NCBI RefSeq assembly: GCF_018350175.1
Contig: NC_058368.1
Location: 142,850,001 to 142,914,000, forward strand
Source of the DNA: Felis catus
Lineage: Eukaryota
Length of the DNA: 64,000 bases
Direction: 5' to 3'
The notes beneath the pieces were generated by a model. The model was given only the letters and a program-made list of their open reading frames with translations. It was not told the DNA's origin and searched no databases. Of this stretch, positions 38,102 through 51,125 are shown piece after piece. Each line of letters opens with the position of its first letter. Within the stretch, counting starts at the first letter, position 1. The position numbers and the translations under genes are program-made.

Positions 38102-38155
38102 CTCCCCAGCTCATGCTGTCTCTCTCAAAAGTAAAATAAACATTAAAAAAAAAAG
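37601..38155 (+). mobile_element. CanSINE split by an LTR insertion
   Basis: The SINE 5' half (37601-37710) and 3' half (38049-38155) rejoin into a complete element. Confidence 0.88.
37711..38048 (-). mobile_element. Solo ERV LTR (ERV1-like, 4-bp TSD)
   Basis: Starts TG and ends ...CCATA (decayed CA). TSD GAAC at 37707-37710 and 38049-38052. AATAAA on the minus strand near 37765. Confidence 0.75.
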
Positions 38156-38473
38156 GCAAAGAATTCATGCACTCTTAAACAAGCAATGTCATTTCTGGGA
38201 ATGTAACCTATATTTATTTTCTTATTTGTGCAAAAGTGCATATCTGGAGATTACCAAAATGTCCATAATGAAACATTAGTTGAGTGAATTAAGGAACATC
38301 TACAGGACAATAAACCATGGAGCCATTAAAAGAATGAGCTAAGTCAACATGTACTGAAATGGAAAGATCTCCTATATATACTATTAAATGAAAGTGTGCT
38401 CCTATTGTGTTTGTGGAGCATATTTCCAGGAGGAATGCTTCCCTCCTATGAAAAGGAGACTAGGGGCTGAAAC

Positions 38474-38895
38474 TGTTGCCAGGTGAACTGGGGAGATGCC
38501 AGGTGTCATCACAAGAAAGAATTCAAGGACAGACACGCAACACAAAGTCTGTGAAAGCAAAAGTACACTCTTAAGATGTGAGTGGAGAACTCAAGAAAGA
38601 GAGAACTCCTGCCTTGGGGGTTGGGTTTCTATCTTTCACTGACAGTCTTTAACTAAGGGATGAAATATTCATTACCTGGGGCAGGGATTTCTTGGAAGCA
38701 GGGGTGTCTTTTCTTTCCTTACTTTCCTTTCTTTCCTGTCATGGCACCCACCATCTTGGGCCTGTCTGGCTTGATCTGGCTTCTTGTGGAGTGCTGCCAG
38801 GACAGAGCTCTGACTTTCCCAATAGCTGCCCATGACTTCCTCTTTGGTAGCCCCCGGGGAACCTTTTAGAACCTAACCTACTGCCTACCCTAACA
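38474..38895. mobile_element. Solo ERV LTR (4-bp TSD)
   Basis: TGTT...AACA termini. TSD AAAC at 38470-38473 and 38896-38899. Confidence 0.78.
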
Positions 38896-39010
38896 AAACT
38901 ATGGTGTAGTAGGAAGACTTCCCTTTCTCTGATACTTTTTTTTAGTATCTTAATGCGTTAATAAAGGTAGTTATTTTCAAAAAAATTAATTAACTTTAAA
39001 CTTTGTATTG

Positions 39011-39210
39011 AGGTGCCTGGGTGCCTCAGTCAGTCCAACTGGCCAACTCAGTTTCAGCTCAGGTCATGATCTCAAGGTTTGTGAGTTTGAGCCCCGTGTA
39101 GGGCTCCATGCTGCCAGTGCAGAGCCAGTTTGGGATTCTCTATCTCTCTCTCTCTCTGCCATGCTCTCTCCCTTTCTCTCAAAAATAAATAAATAAATAA
39201 ACTTAAAAAG
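39011..39210 (+). mobile_element. CanSINE
   Basis: Head, CT tract and (AATA)n tail. Confidence 0.82.
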
Positions 39211-39263
39211 AGAAAAACTAACAAAATTTATATCAAGATTTCTAATTGCAAGAGGATAAATTA

Positions 39264-40102
39264 TGATAGGAAAAATATAGGATAAAATAGGCAGAGAGGG
39301 AAAAGTTAGGACCTGAGGTTCCCGGGTGGGGAAAAACATTTTAGGACAATGCTGGGAGCATCTGACCACAGCAAAACCCCCAGGGCGTAAGTTTCCTCTT
39401 AAGAATTTAACGGACACCAACTCCCCCTCAGGTTTCCCTCAGGAATTTGACAAAAGACCTATCTTTAGTTAGACCATAAAACATATGACCCACAAGGACC
39501 GATTTGGCCATAAACCATGCCTCATACAACGGAAATGAGCCAATCAAAAAGAAATGACTAGGCATTTAGAGTTACCTAGACAATAAGGATAGGACGTGAG
39601 AAGACACAGGGGAGAAGGAATAAGGGGGAAGGGAAGGGAGGTGCCAACCAAAACCTTAAAAAAGAAAATCCTTTGCCTTTTGTCCTGGGCATTAACTTTT
39701 TTTTTTTTAATTTTTTTTTTTTAACATTTATTTATTTTTGAGACAGGGAGAGACAGCATGAACGGGGGAGGGTCAGAGAGGGAGGGAGACACAGAATTTG
39801 AAACAGGCTGCAGGCTCTGAGCTATCAGCACAGAGCCTGATGCAGGGCTTGAACTCACGGACCTCGAGATCATGACCTGAGCCGAAGTCAGATGCTTAAC
39901 CGACTGAGCCACCCAGGCACCCCCTGGGCATTAACTCTCAAACACCCCCTCTCAGTAAAGAGAGCTGTCATGCTACTCCTACTTTCTAATCTTATACTCC
40001 AATAAACTTTTGCCTGCTGCTCATTTTATTCTGTTTACCTCTTCGTTCTTCAAAGTGGTGGGACAACAAACTCCGGGTATTGAGGTAAAGAGTCCTGCAA
40101 CA
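39264..40102 (+). mobile_element. Solo ERV LTR containing a CanSINE (39698-39923, - strand)
   Basis: CCAAT at ~39540, A-rich TATA-like box at ~39655, AATAAA at 40001-40006, ends ...GCAACA. Inner SINE TSD CTGGGCATTAACT. The 5' boundary and outer TSD are uncertain. Confidence 0.65.
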
Positions 40103-40341
40103 AGATCATCAGACATCAGGAATTTCCTGTTGTGACACAGAATTAGAAACACTGCATCATCAGTGATGGTATAGCAGCCAAAAGTCCCTGAGTAGAATCT
40201 AAACAAGTCTTTAGATTTCACTTTCAGTTCAGAGGGAATACAAGTGACACAGGAATAAGGTAAATAACACCAGAAGGAAACAATCAGGTGAATCATATAT
40301 GCTACAGGAGAGCTGGTCTGGTCTATTCCACCAGTCAGTAC

Positions 40342-40752
40342 TGAGGGGGTTCTGGAGTGATGGTGGGGTCCAGAGCCAATGCCCAAGAATTCTTTAGACA
40401 TCTTTGGTGCAAAAAAGGTGATTTTATTAAAGCCTAGGGACGGGACCTGTGGGCAGGAAGAGCTGCCCCAGACCATGAAGAGAGACTGATTATACACTTG
40501 GGAGTTTGGAGGAGGTAAAGTGAAGGGGAAGATTCCAAAGTGACTTTCATGTGCTAAAGAAGACTGTGGATACTGGAGGCCTGGCTATTGTCAAACTAAA
40601 GTTGTTTTTCCCTCCTGCAAATCATTGAGACAGTAGGGAGTTCCTGGAGAAAAGTTTTATTCTACCAGCCTCAAGTATTTGTCAATGGGCTGCAGGTTAT
40701 AAGGAAATTTAATTTTATCTGCCATTTCCTTCTGCCTTTGTTTCCCACATCA
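40342..40752 (-). mobile_element. Solo LTR (5-bp TSD)
   Basis: TGA...TCA termini. TSD AGTAC at 40337-40341 and 40753-40757. AATAAA on the minus strand near 40425. Confidence 0.8.
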
Positions 40753-42134
40753 AGTACCTTGGGACAACTCATCTATATATAACAAACCAATGCAATACAT
40801 AGTCCTCAATTGAATCCTAGTGTTGACAAACCTACCATAAAAGACCTTTTGTGTACAAACTGGGAAAATCTGCGTATAGACTGGGTATTAAGGAATCAGA
40901 ATTAATTACGGCTATGTAGGAAAATGTCCTCACTTATTAGAGATACTTATTAATTTTTTGAATGCATTCTAAAATGTTATAATTCCTATTTGTAATTTAC
41001 TTTAAATATTTTAATATATAAAAGTGAGGGTTTCCTTAGAAAGCAAACTTTCTACAGGTTCTGATGCGGTAGGGGGAAATTAAGAAAGAGGTGATTGTCA
41101 AAAGTTAAGAAACTTTTGCTCTGTGAAACGAAGAAAAACTGGCTTGAACCAGCTCTTTCCAGTTCCACAGCAGATGTTTACTGTACTAGGGAGTTACTGA
41201 GAAGAGTAGATGGCCCTCTGATAAACCCTGCTGTGCTGCATGTAGAATCAACAATGCGAACCAGCAAATAGCTGTAAGGGATGGAAGAGATGTGCGGAAA
41301 CTAAGGGGCGAAGTTCACTGGAAAAACAATTCCCACCTCACGATGAGCAGACAGGATTTGATCCCCCTATGCAAAATCGTAAGCAAAGTTAAGCAACCCA
41401 TTTTGGCTGTACAATCAGCTGCCTTGAAGACCAGCACATACTTTGTTTAGTCAATAATGAAAATGCTGAAAAGAATTTCAGAAGGGTACAATTTTGCCTG
41501 ACATCAGAGTTCTTTTATTAACGAGTCCTGAGCAAAGTAGATGGGGTGTGCTGACTGGCATTGTTGGTGCTCTGTGGGCGCCTTTCATTTCACACTGTTA
41601 TTTGGTCAGAGCAGAGAGGAGAGAAGAGGAGAGAAAGGGAAAGAAAAGTTGTAATTTCCATGATACAGATACAGATGAACTGGCCTCTTCCAAACAGAAA
41701 AATTGGAGAAGCATCTTTGCAGTTGACTTACATTAAGGGTCTGTGCTCTCGTAACAATTATATCCACTCAGTCATTCATTGATTCACTCAGGCACTCACT
41801 CACCCATTCATGATTCAAATAACATTTACTTAGTGTTTGACCTATGATAGTCACTGCACCCTTCCTATATGCTTGATAGTACTCAATATTTATCATAAAT
41901 AAGCACAATGTAATGTCAATATTCTCTTGATCATTCCTTGCTTGTACCCTACTTGAGGGGCCAGAGAAAATAGTTTGTTAACTGTCGTACTCCCAGTACC
42001 TAGCACATTGTAGGACTCAAAAACGATGTGTTGAATGAATAAATGAATGTATAAACCATAGTAGGGTCAAGGGATGCAAAGAGGAATACATCACTGTCTT
42101 ATGCTGCCTTGTTGAATTCTCTTGCCAAAAAAAA

Positions 42135-42347
42135 AATTTTTTTGAGAGAGAGAGGGTGAAAGTGAGCGAGGGGCAGAGAGAGACAGGAAGAGAGAGAGAG
42201 ACAGAGGGAGAAGCGGGACTCACCCAGGGCTTGTGTTTACCCGAAGCAGGGCTCGAGCTCACCCAATGTGGGACTAGAACTCACAAACTGTGAGATCATG
42301 ACCTGAGCTAACTTCAGATGCTTAATGACTGAGCCACCCAGGCACCC
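42135..42347 (-). mobile_element. CanSINE
   Basis: TSD CTCTTGCCAAAAA. Confidence 0.88.
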
Positions 42348-42914
42348 TCTTGCCAAAAACATTTTGAAGAACAAGAACATGATGTATGACAGACCACTAT
42401 TAGATTGTGCTGATTCAAAGGAGCTGAAGTTAGGGAGACTGGTGGGAGGAAATAGGGGGCATCAGTAAATGGAATGGTAGGCTGTGTGAACAGAATAGCT
42501 CAGGGAGCAACCCCAGGAAGGTCCAGGTTGCAAGAGCTGAAGGAAGCATTAGGATAGAGGAGGGAGTTAGGACCCGGGATCATTAGCAATGGAAAAAGTG
42601 CACATTTAAAAATGCATCACTGCCATTTAAAATATGGAAACCATTTTAACATATAAAAACAATAAAGCCAATACAGCCATTTTAACTTTTTCTAAAAGAT
42701 GAGTGTGGAACACTGTATTCCAAACCACTTTCAGTAGCAGCAAAATTGGTAAATTATGTTTCTCATTAGGAGATTAAGAAACACTAGTCTCTCCCCCCAC
42801 CCCCGCTCCAAAAAAAAAAAAAAAGGAAAGAAAGAAAGAAAGAAATACTGATCCCCCATTCATGAAAGCTGGGCTTCTTTCCATGCTGAAGAAGCCTTAC
42901 AAGTTGCTATGATG

Positions 42915-42918
<4 letters not shown>

Positions 42919-42962
<44 letters not shown>
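42919..42962. repeat. (TA)n microsatellite
   Basis: Directly visible. Confidence 0.97.
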
Positions 42963-42965
<3 letters not shown>

Positions 42966-43126
42966 TCTGATTTTAGGGGCAATACATATCCCCCCACATA
43001 CTCCCACTAAAAATACGTCTTTCTTTTACCTACTTGCTCATTCATTTATTCATTTACTCCTTCTATTCAACAAATATTTATTAAAGCTGTTATAAGCCAG
43101 GCATTGTTGTAAGTGCTGAGACGCTA

Positions 43127-43230
43127 CAGGGCGACCAACTGGACTGGTTTACCCAGGACAAACCCAGTTTTAGCACTGAAAGTCCTGTGTGCTGCGAGAG
43201 CCCTCTCTCCTGGGCCAATGTTGGCCATGC
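43127..43230. mobile_element. Small hAT-type DNA transposon relic (MER81-like) inside an L2 remnant
   Basis: agggcgaccaact...gttttagcactgaaagtcc...gttggcca resembles the MER81 consensus from memory. Degenerate 8-bp flanks AGACGCTA and AGAGCCTA. Confidence 0.5.
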
Positions 43231-43666
43231 CAGAGCCTACAGAGTTGAGATTTTAGATGGAGAGGGACCTCGGAAGCCTTTGCTAGAAAGGTTACTTTCA
43301 AGAAAAGACCTGGATTAGATAACAACAATAGCCACATACATTTCTTGAAGAAGAGTAATCCAGAAAGGTCAAAGCCTGAGGCAGGCAGCTATCCTATCAG
43401 ATGTGCACAAGGAACAGCCAAGAAGCGAGAGTTGCTGAGAACAGAGTGAGAGAGAAGAGAATCACAGGAGATGAGACCTGAGAAACAAGGAGTCGGATTA
43501 TGTGAGGACATGTCAGTTTTAGCAAGGATTTCCAACTTTCCCTCAGTGATATGAGAAGGCACAGGAGGTTTTTGACCTAGGAAGGGACAGGATCATTTTG
43601 GTTGCTGTGTTAAGAATAAGCCACAAAGAGGAAACAATGGGACAGGGAGGTGTAGCATTTAAATAG

Positions 43667-43770
43667 TCTTCTTCTTCTTCTTCTTCTTCTTCTTCTTCTT
43701 CTTCTTCTTCTTCTTCTTCTTCTTTCTTCTTCTTCTTCTTCTTCTTCTTCTTCTTCTTCTTCTTCTTCTT
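43667..43770. repeat. (CTT)n/(GAA)n trinucleotide tract, ~34 units with one interruption
   Basis: Directly visible. Forms the tail of a minus-strand SINE. Confidence 0.97.
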
Positions 43771-44144
43771 TCTTTAGTAATCTCTACACCCAACTTGGGG
43801 TTTGAACTCACAGCCTCAAGATTAAGAGTCGCATGCTCTAGGGGTGCCTGGGTGGCGCAGTCGGTTAAGCGTCCGACTTCAGCCAGGTCACGATCTCGCG
43901 GTTCGTGGGTTCGAGCCCCACGTCGGGCTCTGGGCTGATGGCTCAGAGCCTGGAGCCTGTTTCCGATTCTGTGTCTCCCTCTCTCTCTGCCCCTCCCCCG
44001 TTCATGCTCTGTCTCTCTCTGTCCCAAAAATAAATAAACGTTGAAAAAAAAAATTTTTTTTTAAATAATAAATAAATAAATAAACGTTGGAAAAAAAAAA
44101 AAAAAGAGTCGCATGCTCTTCCAATTGAGCCAGCCAGGAGCCCC
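43771..44144. mobile_element. Old minus-strand SINE interrupted by a young plus-strand CanSINE (43841-44103)
   Basis: Inner TSD AAGAGTCGCATGCTCT. The outer halves rejoin. Confidence 0.88.
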
Positions 44145-44640
44145 TTAAAGTTGTCTTTTTAAAGTTCTAGTCCCTCTCAGCTTTGCCCAAGGAAATTGAC
44201 AGAAAGATTACAATTCTTTTAGGGGCTCAGTTTTATGTTTTAAAAAAGGGGAGGAATCTCTACTCTTTCCTGGTTCAATTATGACTGTTCCTTCTCAATT
44301 TTATAATGAAAGAGTAGTTTCAAACATGAAGAATATAAATGGTGTCATATAAATCAAAATTCTTGCATAACATGAACATACTGCCATAGAGTGATGTTAA
44401 GGATGTGCAGTCTGGGCTCCGACTCCTGACTCTGAGTCTCAGCTATGCTTCTCAGTAGCTATGTGGCCTTGAACAAGTCACTTAACTTGGGAACAGTAAG
44501 GGTACCTACTCTCAGAGTTGTTGGGACAATTCAGTGAGTTAATGCATGTGCCTGGGGCAGGGCAAATGTTCGTTAAGGTTAAGTATTTTTATAATTATTG
44601 TCACCCAAAGATAGATGCTTAGCTCTAAAACAGAGGTAAC

Positions 44641-44872
44641 AGGTGCCTGGGTGGCTCAGTCGGTTAAGCCTCTAACTCTTGATTTTGGCTCAAGTCATGA
44701 TCTCACAGTTTGTGAATTTGAGCCCCACCTGGGGCTCTGTGCTGACAGTGCAGAGCCTGCTTGGGATTCTCTCTTTCCCTGTCTCTCTGTCCCTCACCTG
44801 CTCTCTCTCTCTCTCTCTCTCTCTTACTCTCAAAAATAAATAAATTAACATTATAAATACATACATACATAC
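44641..44872 (+). mobile_element. CanSINE
   Basis: Head, CT tract, tail. Flanking CTAAAACAG repeats. Confidence 0.87.
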
Positions 44873-45468
44873 TAAAACAGGTGAGCTTTCAGAGACAGGG
44901 CTTGTATCTTAACTAATCACCATATCCTTTTCAGCTCTGAGTATAAGATTTGTTGAATGAATAAATAACTGTTACTAAAGCATCAGTCATATTCTTTTAC
45001 TGACAAAAAATGTTGAGGCATATCCCATCACATTGCTTGCTTCTCAGACTCTCAAGTTCCTGTGTCCGAGCAGCCAAGTCACAAAGCTGCCACATCCTAG
45101 CTGCCATTTGGAAAGCTGGGGAAGCGAGTGTTGGGGCTTCTGCCTTGGAGGGACAAGCCTCTTAAAATGGGAAGTTACCCCAAAACATAGGAAGGATACT
45201 TGAAGACCGGTAGGCAGCCAGACAACATTACCACATTAACAAACAGAAATCAAGTATTCACATGGACTAACTACGATGCTATCACACTCAAATATAATCA
45301 TATGCATAAGATATTAATCATATTTAACGCATAACTGAAGTTATAAGCTGAGATTATAAGTTGGAGATAATTGTTGAAATAAAAACTAAAAAGCAGGCAA
45401 AATGATCTGTTTAAGTTTTCCAGAAACTTCCATGACAGTTTGGATCTGATTTAAAATATGTACATTTA

Positions 45469-45675
45469 GGGGTGCCCCGGGTGGCTCAGTTGGTTAAGCG
45501 TCCATTTTCAGCTCAGCTCATGATCTCACAGTTCTTGGGTCTGAGCCCCGCATCGGGCTCTGTGCTGACAGCTCAGAGCCTAGAGCCTCCTTCAGATTCT
45601 ATGTCTCCGGCTCTCTGCCCCTCCCCCACTCACACTCTGTCTCTTTCTCAAAAATAAACAAACATTAAAAAAAAT
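45469..45675 (+). mobile_element. CanSINE
   Basis: TSD TTAAAATATGTACATTTA. Confidence 0.92.
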
Positions 45676-46873
45676 TAAAATATGTACATTTAACTCTCAG
45701 ATCTGCTCAAGTTGTTTTTCTAGACTTTCCTGCACAGTGAATACTAAACTAGAAACATGGCATCTTAGAGCCCCAGGAAAGTAGCTCCTCTGGTCCAACT
45801 CCATTATTGCTGCTGAAAGGAAACTGAGACCCAGGAAAGTTTAGCGATTTACTCAAAGGGTCTTTGTTGAAAAGAAATCATGTTGAAAGTCCAAACAGTT
45901 GCCTTGTTTTTTCAAGAATCCTTTTTCAGAGCTTCCCACAATACAGTGGGGAAGCAGGACGCTTTGATCTAAAGGGCCCACGATTAGGATCCCTGAAACA
46001 TCCATCCAGAAAGGCTACTTCAGCTTGCTGTGTTCTTCTGCAGAGATTTATTCCTGCCCCCTCCTGAGGATGCTGTGTCCCGCAGCCTCAGACATGAAGA
46101 ATGAGACAAATAAAACCAATTTCCACAGAAGCCATAACGTAGAAAATACTGCTTCTTTTCCCCTGCCAAATCAAACAATTGAGCCTGCTTCCCCTATAAA
46201 TCCTCCCCCTTTGTGGCATCGCGGCATTCATCTGACAAATGTTTATTGGAGACCTACTTTGTGTCAGGCACTCTACTCAGCAGTGGCCTGCATTTATTAG
46301 CATCAATGCTTTAGGATTAATTTGGAATGGATGGAAGCTTGCTCCATCTAATAAAAGTCTCTTCTTTAAATGTGGTAGAAAAACCCATCAGCTGCCTTCA
46401 TTGTAAAATAGCAAGCAGTTGTTCAAGTAAATAAAATGGCCTCTGGAAAACATGTTCTGATTCCTAAAAACATTTTAAGGAACAAAATAGAGCATTTTAA
46501 GGTGGAAGCAATGAAGAAAATAAATTTAATTAATTGGCTAATTAACATAACTAAAGGCACCCAGGTGTGTTCTGCATCTCTGTAAGCATCAGCACCTGAT
46601 GGTGGGAGAGGAGGACTACTTGGGGAGAGCAGCAAGAGCCTGGGTCATACAAAGGACCAATTGAATTGCATTACTTGGTACTTTGCCTATACAAGACAAA
46701 CTACTCCCTATGTTGATGTGACCAAATGTTAGGGAGTGGAGTGAGACAGTAAAAAAAGGAGACTAGGTAAAGGGTAGGACACTTGGGTTCAAGTCCCAGT
46801 GGCTCCAATATGATATTTGTGAACTTTACAAGTCACTAAATCACTCTAAGCCCCAATATCTTAAAAACAAACC

Positions 46874-47325
46874 GGGCCTGGGTGGCTCAGTGGGTTAAGC
46901 ATCTGACTCTTGATTTTGGCTCAGGTCACGATCTCATGGTTCATGAGATTGAGCCCTGAGTAGGGCTCTGCATTGACGGCACAGAGCCTCCTTGGGATTC
47001 TTTCTCTCCTCTCTCCTCTCTCTCTCTGTCCCTCCCCCACTCACATAGTCTCTCTCTCTCTCTGTCAAAATAAATAAATAAACACTTAAAAAACAAATAA
47101 ACAGGGGTGCCTGGGTGGCTCAGTCGATTGAGTGTCTGACTTCTGGTCAGGTCATGATCTCATGGTTCATGAGATCAAGCCCCATGTCGGGCTCTGTGCT
47201 GACAGCCCAGAGCCTGGAGTCTGCTTCAGATTCTGTGTCTCCCTCTTTCTCTACCCCTCCCCCACTCACGCTCTGTCCCTCTCTGTCTCTCAAAAATGAA
47301 TAAACATTAAAAATAATTTTTTTAA
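46874..47325 (+). mobile_element. Two tandem CanSINEs
   Basis: Heads at ~46874 and ~47104, each with a CT tract and A-rich tail. Confidence 0.87.
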
Positions 47326-47337
47326 CAAAAAGTCAGG

Positions 47338-47406
47338 GGAAAAGGCAAACTGGAATGGGGGAAAATATTTGCAAATTATATATCTGATTAAGGGTTAATA
47401 TCCAGA

Positions 47407-47452
<46 letters not shown>

Positions 47453-48312
47453 CTACAGAGTTTAAAGAACTCAAATAACAACAAACCAGATTTTAAAATT
47501 GTCAAAGGACTTCATTAGACATTTCTCCAAAGAAGATATACAAATGGCCAACAAGCATATGAAAAGATGCTCAACATCACTAATCATTAGGGAAACGCAT
47601 ATCAAAACCACACCCATTAGAAATAACAAGTGTTAACAAGGATGTGGTAAAATTGGAACACTTGTGAACTCTTGGTGGGAATGCAAATGGTAGAGCTCTG
47701 TGGAAAACAGTATAGTGGTTCCTTACAAAATTAAAAATAGAATTATCATATGATTCCACTTCTGGGTATATACCCAAGAAAAGTGAAAGCAGGGACTCGA
47801 ACAGATATTTGTATGCCCATGTTCATAGCAGCATTATTCACAATATCCAAAAAGTAAAACTAATCCAAGTAGAAATCAACAGATGGATAGATAAACAAAA
47901 TCTGGTATATACATGCAGTGGAATATTATTCAGCCTTAAAAAGGAAGGAAATTCTGATGCATGCTATATAACATCAATGAACCTTGAAGACATTATGCTA
48001 CATGAAATAAGCCAGTCATAAAAGGACAAATACTTACAATTCCACTTGTATGGGGGGCTCAGAGTTGTCAAATTCATAGAGACAGAAAACAGAATGGTGG
48101 CAGCCAGGAAAAAGGGGAAGGGCAGAACAGGGAGTTACTGTTTAATGGGTGTGGAGTTTCAGTTTGGGAAAATTAAAAAAGATCTAGAAATGAAGGGTGG
48201 TAATGGCTACCCAGTAATGTGAATGTACTTAATGCCACTGAATTGCACACATGGCAATGGTTAAAATGGCAAATTTTGTGCTATGGATATCTAACCACAA
48301 TTTTTTTAAAAA
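47338..48312 (+). mobile_element. Older L1 3' fragment with an internal (CA)n
   Basis: ORF2-end and 3' UTR motifs (aaaagatgctcaacatcactaatcattaggg...gaatgtacttaatgccactgaattg). Flanked by AGTCAGG repeats. Confidence 0.85.
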
Positions 48313-48954
48313 AAGAGTCAGGAGAACAATATCTGCCTGGAATATCTCACAGAGTTGTTATGCAATCAGACCTGAGGCCTTGTACAAGAAGTTAATAGTA
48401 ATGAGGACCCAGAACTAGTTCCCCCGTTTGATACCGTAAGGAGTCCCAGACCGGAATTTCAAGTCACAGCAGTGCCTACCATTCTGTGTACTCAATTCCT
48501 CATAGAACTACTGCAGGCAGCTCCAGCACCCTGTGTCCCATTCCCTCCACACCTCTGACTGAAATTCACCTGCACCTCAGACTCACCTGCCCCCAACAGC
48601 ACCCTCCTCTAGTGCTGCCCCCACCTGTACCGATGCCTCCTCTCTTCCCACAGGCAAAAGACCTAAAGTGTAAGGGAGCTAACATCTGCAAAGCAACCCT
48701 CAATTGGTGCCAAACAGGTCCAGTGGATTCATGCTCCTGAATCCTGTCCTTCCCAGCAGAGAAGTCCAATAGATACTCTGAATGATTATCAGGAGGTGCT
48801 ACAGAAGAGGCAATGCAACCCCACTGCCTAAAGCTAGCAACCTTACTAGGACACCGCACAGGAACCCTACCCCTTCCCTGTCTTACTCTTCCCACTTCTT
48901 TACTCAGCTGCCTTAAGTCATGTCCCAGATAAACTACCTGAAACCAAAACCATA

Positions 48955-49625
48955 TCTCAGTCAGTTAAACATCCAACTCTTGATTTCAGCTCAGGTCATG
49001 ATCTCACAGTTCATGAGTTCAAGCCCTGCACCAGGCTCTGAGCTGACAGTGAGGAGCCTGCTTAGGGTAGTCTCTCTCCCTCTCTCTCTGCCCCTCCCCT
49101 GCTTGCTCTCTACCTCTCTCTTAAAATAAAAATAAAAATAAACCTTAAACAAAAATCATTATGATCTGTACTTTATATTAATTTCTTTAATATTTTATAG
49201 CTTACCATTTTTTAAAATATAAGCAGTTGGTAGTTGTGTTCTAAAGTATGTTTACAAACTCATGAATACTTTGAGACTTGAAATACATTCTCCTACTTCA
49301 GAATGTGATTGGGTTCCCAGCAATATAAGGACAAGAAGCCCACTGTAGGTAGCAGAACAACAGAACAGAGAACAGTTTCAGCTTTCACCCCAACTATACA
49401 GGGGCTAATACAAGCACCCAGCTCTTTAAAACTTAACCATGGGGGTGGGGGCACCTGGGTGGTTTTGTCAGTTAAGTGTCCGACTTCGGCTCTGGTCATG
49501 ATCTCACGGTTTGTGGGTTCGAGTCCTACATCGGGCTCTGTGCTGTCAGACCAGAGCCCGCTTCAGATCCTCTGTCTCCCTCTCTCTGCCCCTCCCCAGC
49601 TCATTCTCATTCTCTAGGATAAAAA
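48955..49625 (+). mobile_element. Two CanSINEs (48955-49145 and 49448-49625)
   Basis: SINE bodies with CT tracts. Confidence 0.8.
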
Positions 49626-49957
49626 AGAATAACTCTTCTGTCACCCCCAGAGGAAGATTATTAGAGACTCAAAGTGAAGAAGCAAACTAAGATTCACTTT
49701 ATTTCAGAAGAAAATAAGACTGGATGAGTGATGCCGTTTCAAGATTTAACTTCTTTAGGGCTTTTTGCTTTCTATAGCATAACAAACCAACTCCAGAGCC
49801 ATCTGACCCAACATGGGCTGAAAGTGAAGGGATTGCCTTAAAACGCAGCTATTAGAAGGAAAAGGAGAGGAAGAGCAGAAATTCCAAGTGATGACCTTGA
49901 AAGGAGTAGAGGAGTTCTGGAGCTCCTGCCAAGGTCATTGGGCAAGAGTGGCCATTC

Positions 49958-50190
49958 TTTTTTTTTTATTTAAAAAAAATTTTTTTCAACGTTTATTTAT
50001 TTTTGAGACAGAGAGAGTCAGAGCATGAACAGGGGAGGGGCAGAGAGAGAGGGAGACACAGAATCTGAAACAGGCTGCAGGCTCTGAGCGGTCAGCACAG
50101 AGCCCGACGCGGGGCTCGAACTCACGGGCCGTGAGATCATGACCTGAGCCGAAGTCGGACACCCAAACGACCAAGCCACCCAGGCGCCCC
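49958..50190 (-). mobile_element. Young CanSINE
   Basis: TSD G(T/C)GGCCATTCTTTT. Confidence 0.9.
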
Positions 50191-50409
50191 AAAAGCGGCC
50201 ATTCTTTTGTCAGTCAGTTGCTGCCTAATTTCTTCTGGCTGATTTAACAAGTGTTACTGAGAGCCAGGCACTGTGCTATGTTTTCATCCAATAATTATTA
50301 CTTACTTTCACCTGAAATAGACAATAGACTTTCCATTAATAATTGTTGAGCAAGTGAAAAATAATAGCAAGTACAAAAGTATCATTTATTTAGAACTTCT
50401 GTATCCCTG

Positions 50410-51125
50410 GAGTGCTGATTCACAGGGGCACATGTACCCCAATGTTTATAGCAGTGCTTTCAACAATAGCCAAATTATGGAAAGATCCTAAATGTCCATC
50501 AACTGATGACTGGATAAAGAAGATGTGGCTTATATATACGATGGAATACTACTTGGCAATAAGAAAGAATGAAATCATGCCATTTCCAGCAATGTGGATG
50601 GAACTGGACGGTATTATGCTGAATGAAATAAGTCAGCCAGAGAAGGACAGATATCATATGTTTTCACTCATATGTGGATCTTGAGAAACTTAACAGAAGA
50701 CCATGGGGGAAGGGAAGGGGGGAAAAACACAGAGAGGGAAGAAGGCGAACCACAAGAAACTCTTAAATACAGAGAACAAACTGAGGGTGGATGAGGGGGT
50801 GGGGGAGAGGGGAAAATGGGTGATGGGCATTGATGAGGGCACCTGTTGGGATGAGCACTGGGTGTCGTATGTAAGCGATGAACCACAGGAATCTACCCCA
50901 AAAACCAAGAGCACACTTTACACACTGTATGTTAGCCAATTTGACAATAAATTATATTATTTTTATATGTATAATTTATTGTCAAATTGGTTTCCATACA
51001 ACACCCAGTGTTCATCCCAACAGGTGCCTTCCTCAATGCCCATCACCCACTTTCCCCTCCCTCCCACCCCCCATCAACCCTCAGTTTGTTGTCAGTAACA
51101 ATAAATTATATTTAAAAAAAAAACA
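50410..51125 (+). mobile_element. 5'-truncated felid L1 with a second L1 nested in inverted orientation (50959-51097)
   Basis: ORF 50412-50684 is an L1 ORF2 C-terminus. Outer TSD AACTTCTGTATCCCTG at 50394-50409 and 51126-51141. Inner TSD ACAATAAATTATATT at 50944-50958 and 51098-51112. Confidence 0.92.

Noticed and set aside
40021..40497. 158-aa minus-strand ORF (and the 158-aa ORF at 57474-57950)
   Set aside because: They cross LTR or SINE boundaries and show no recognisable domain or splice support.
43659..44027. ORF with poly-Arg/poly-Lys tail, plus many MAQSV.../MPGW... ORFs across the window
   Set aside because: These are translations of CanSINE bodies and the GAA tract, and recur wherever SINEs occur.
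50412..50684. 90-aa ORF with a protein-like sequence
   Set aside because: It is the L1 ORF2 C-terminus inside a 5'-truncated, TSD-flanked element, not a host gene.
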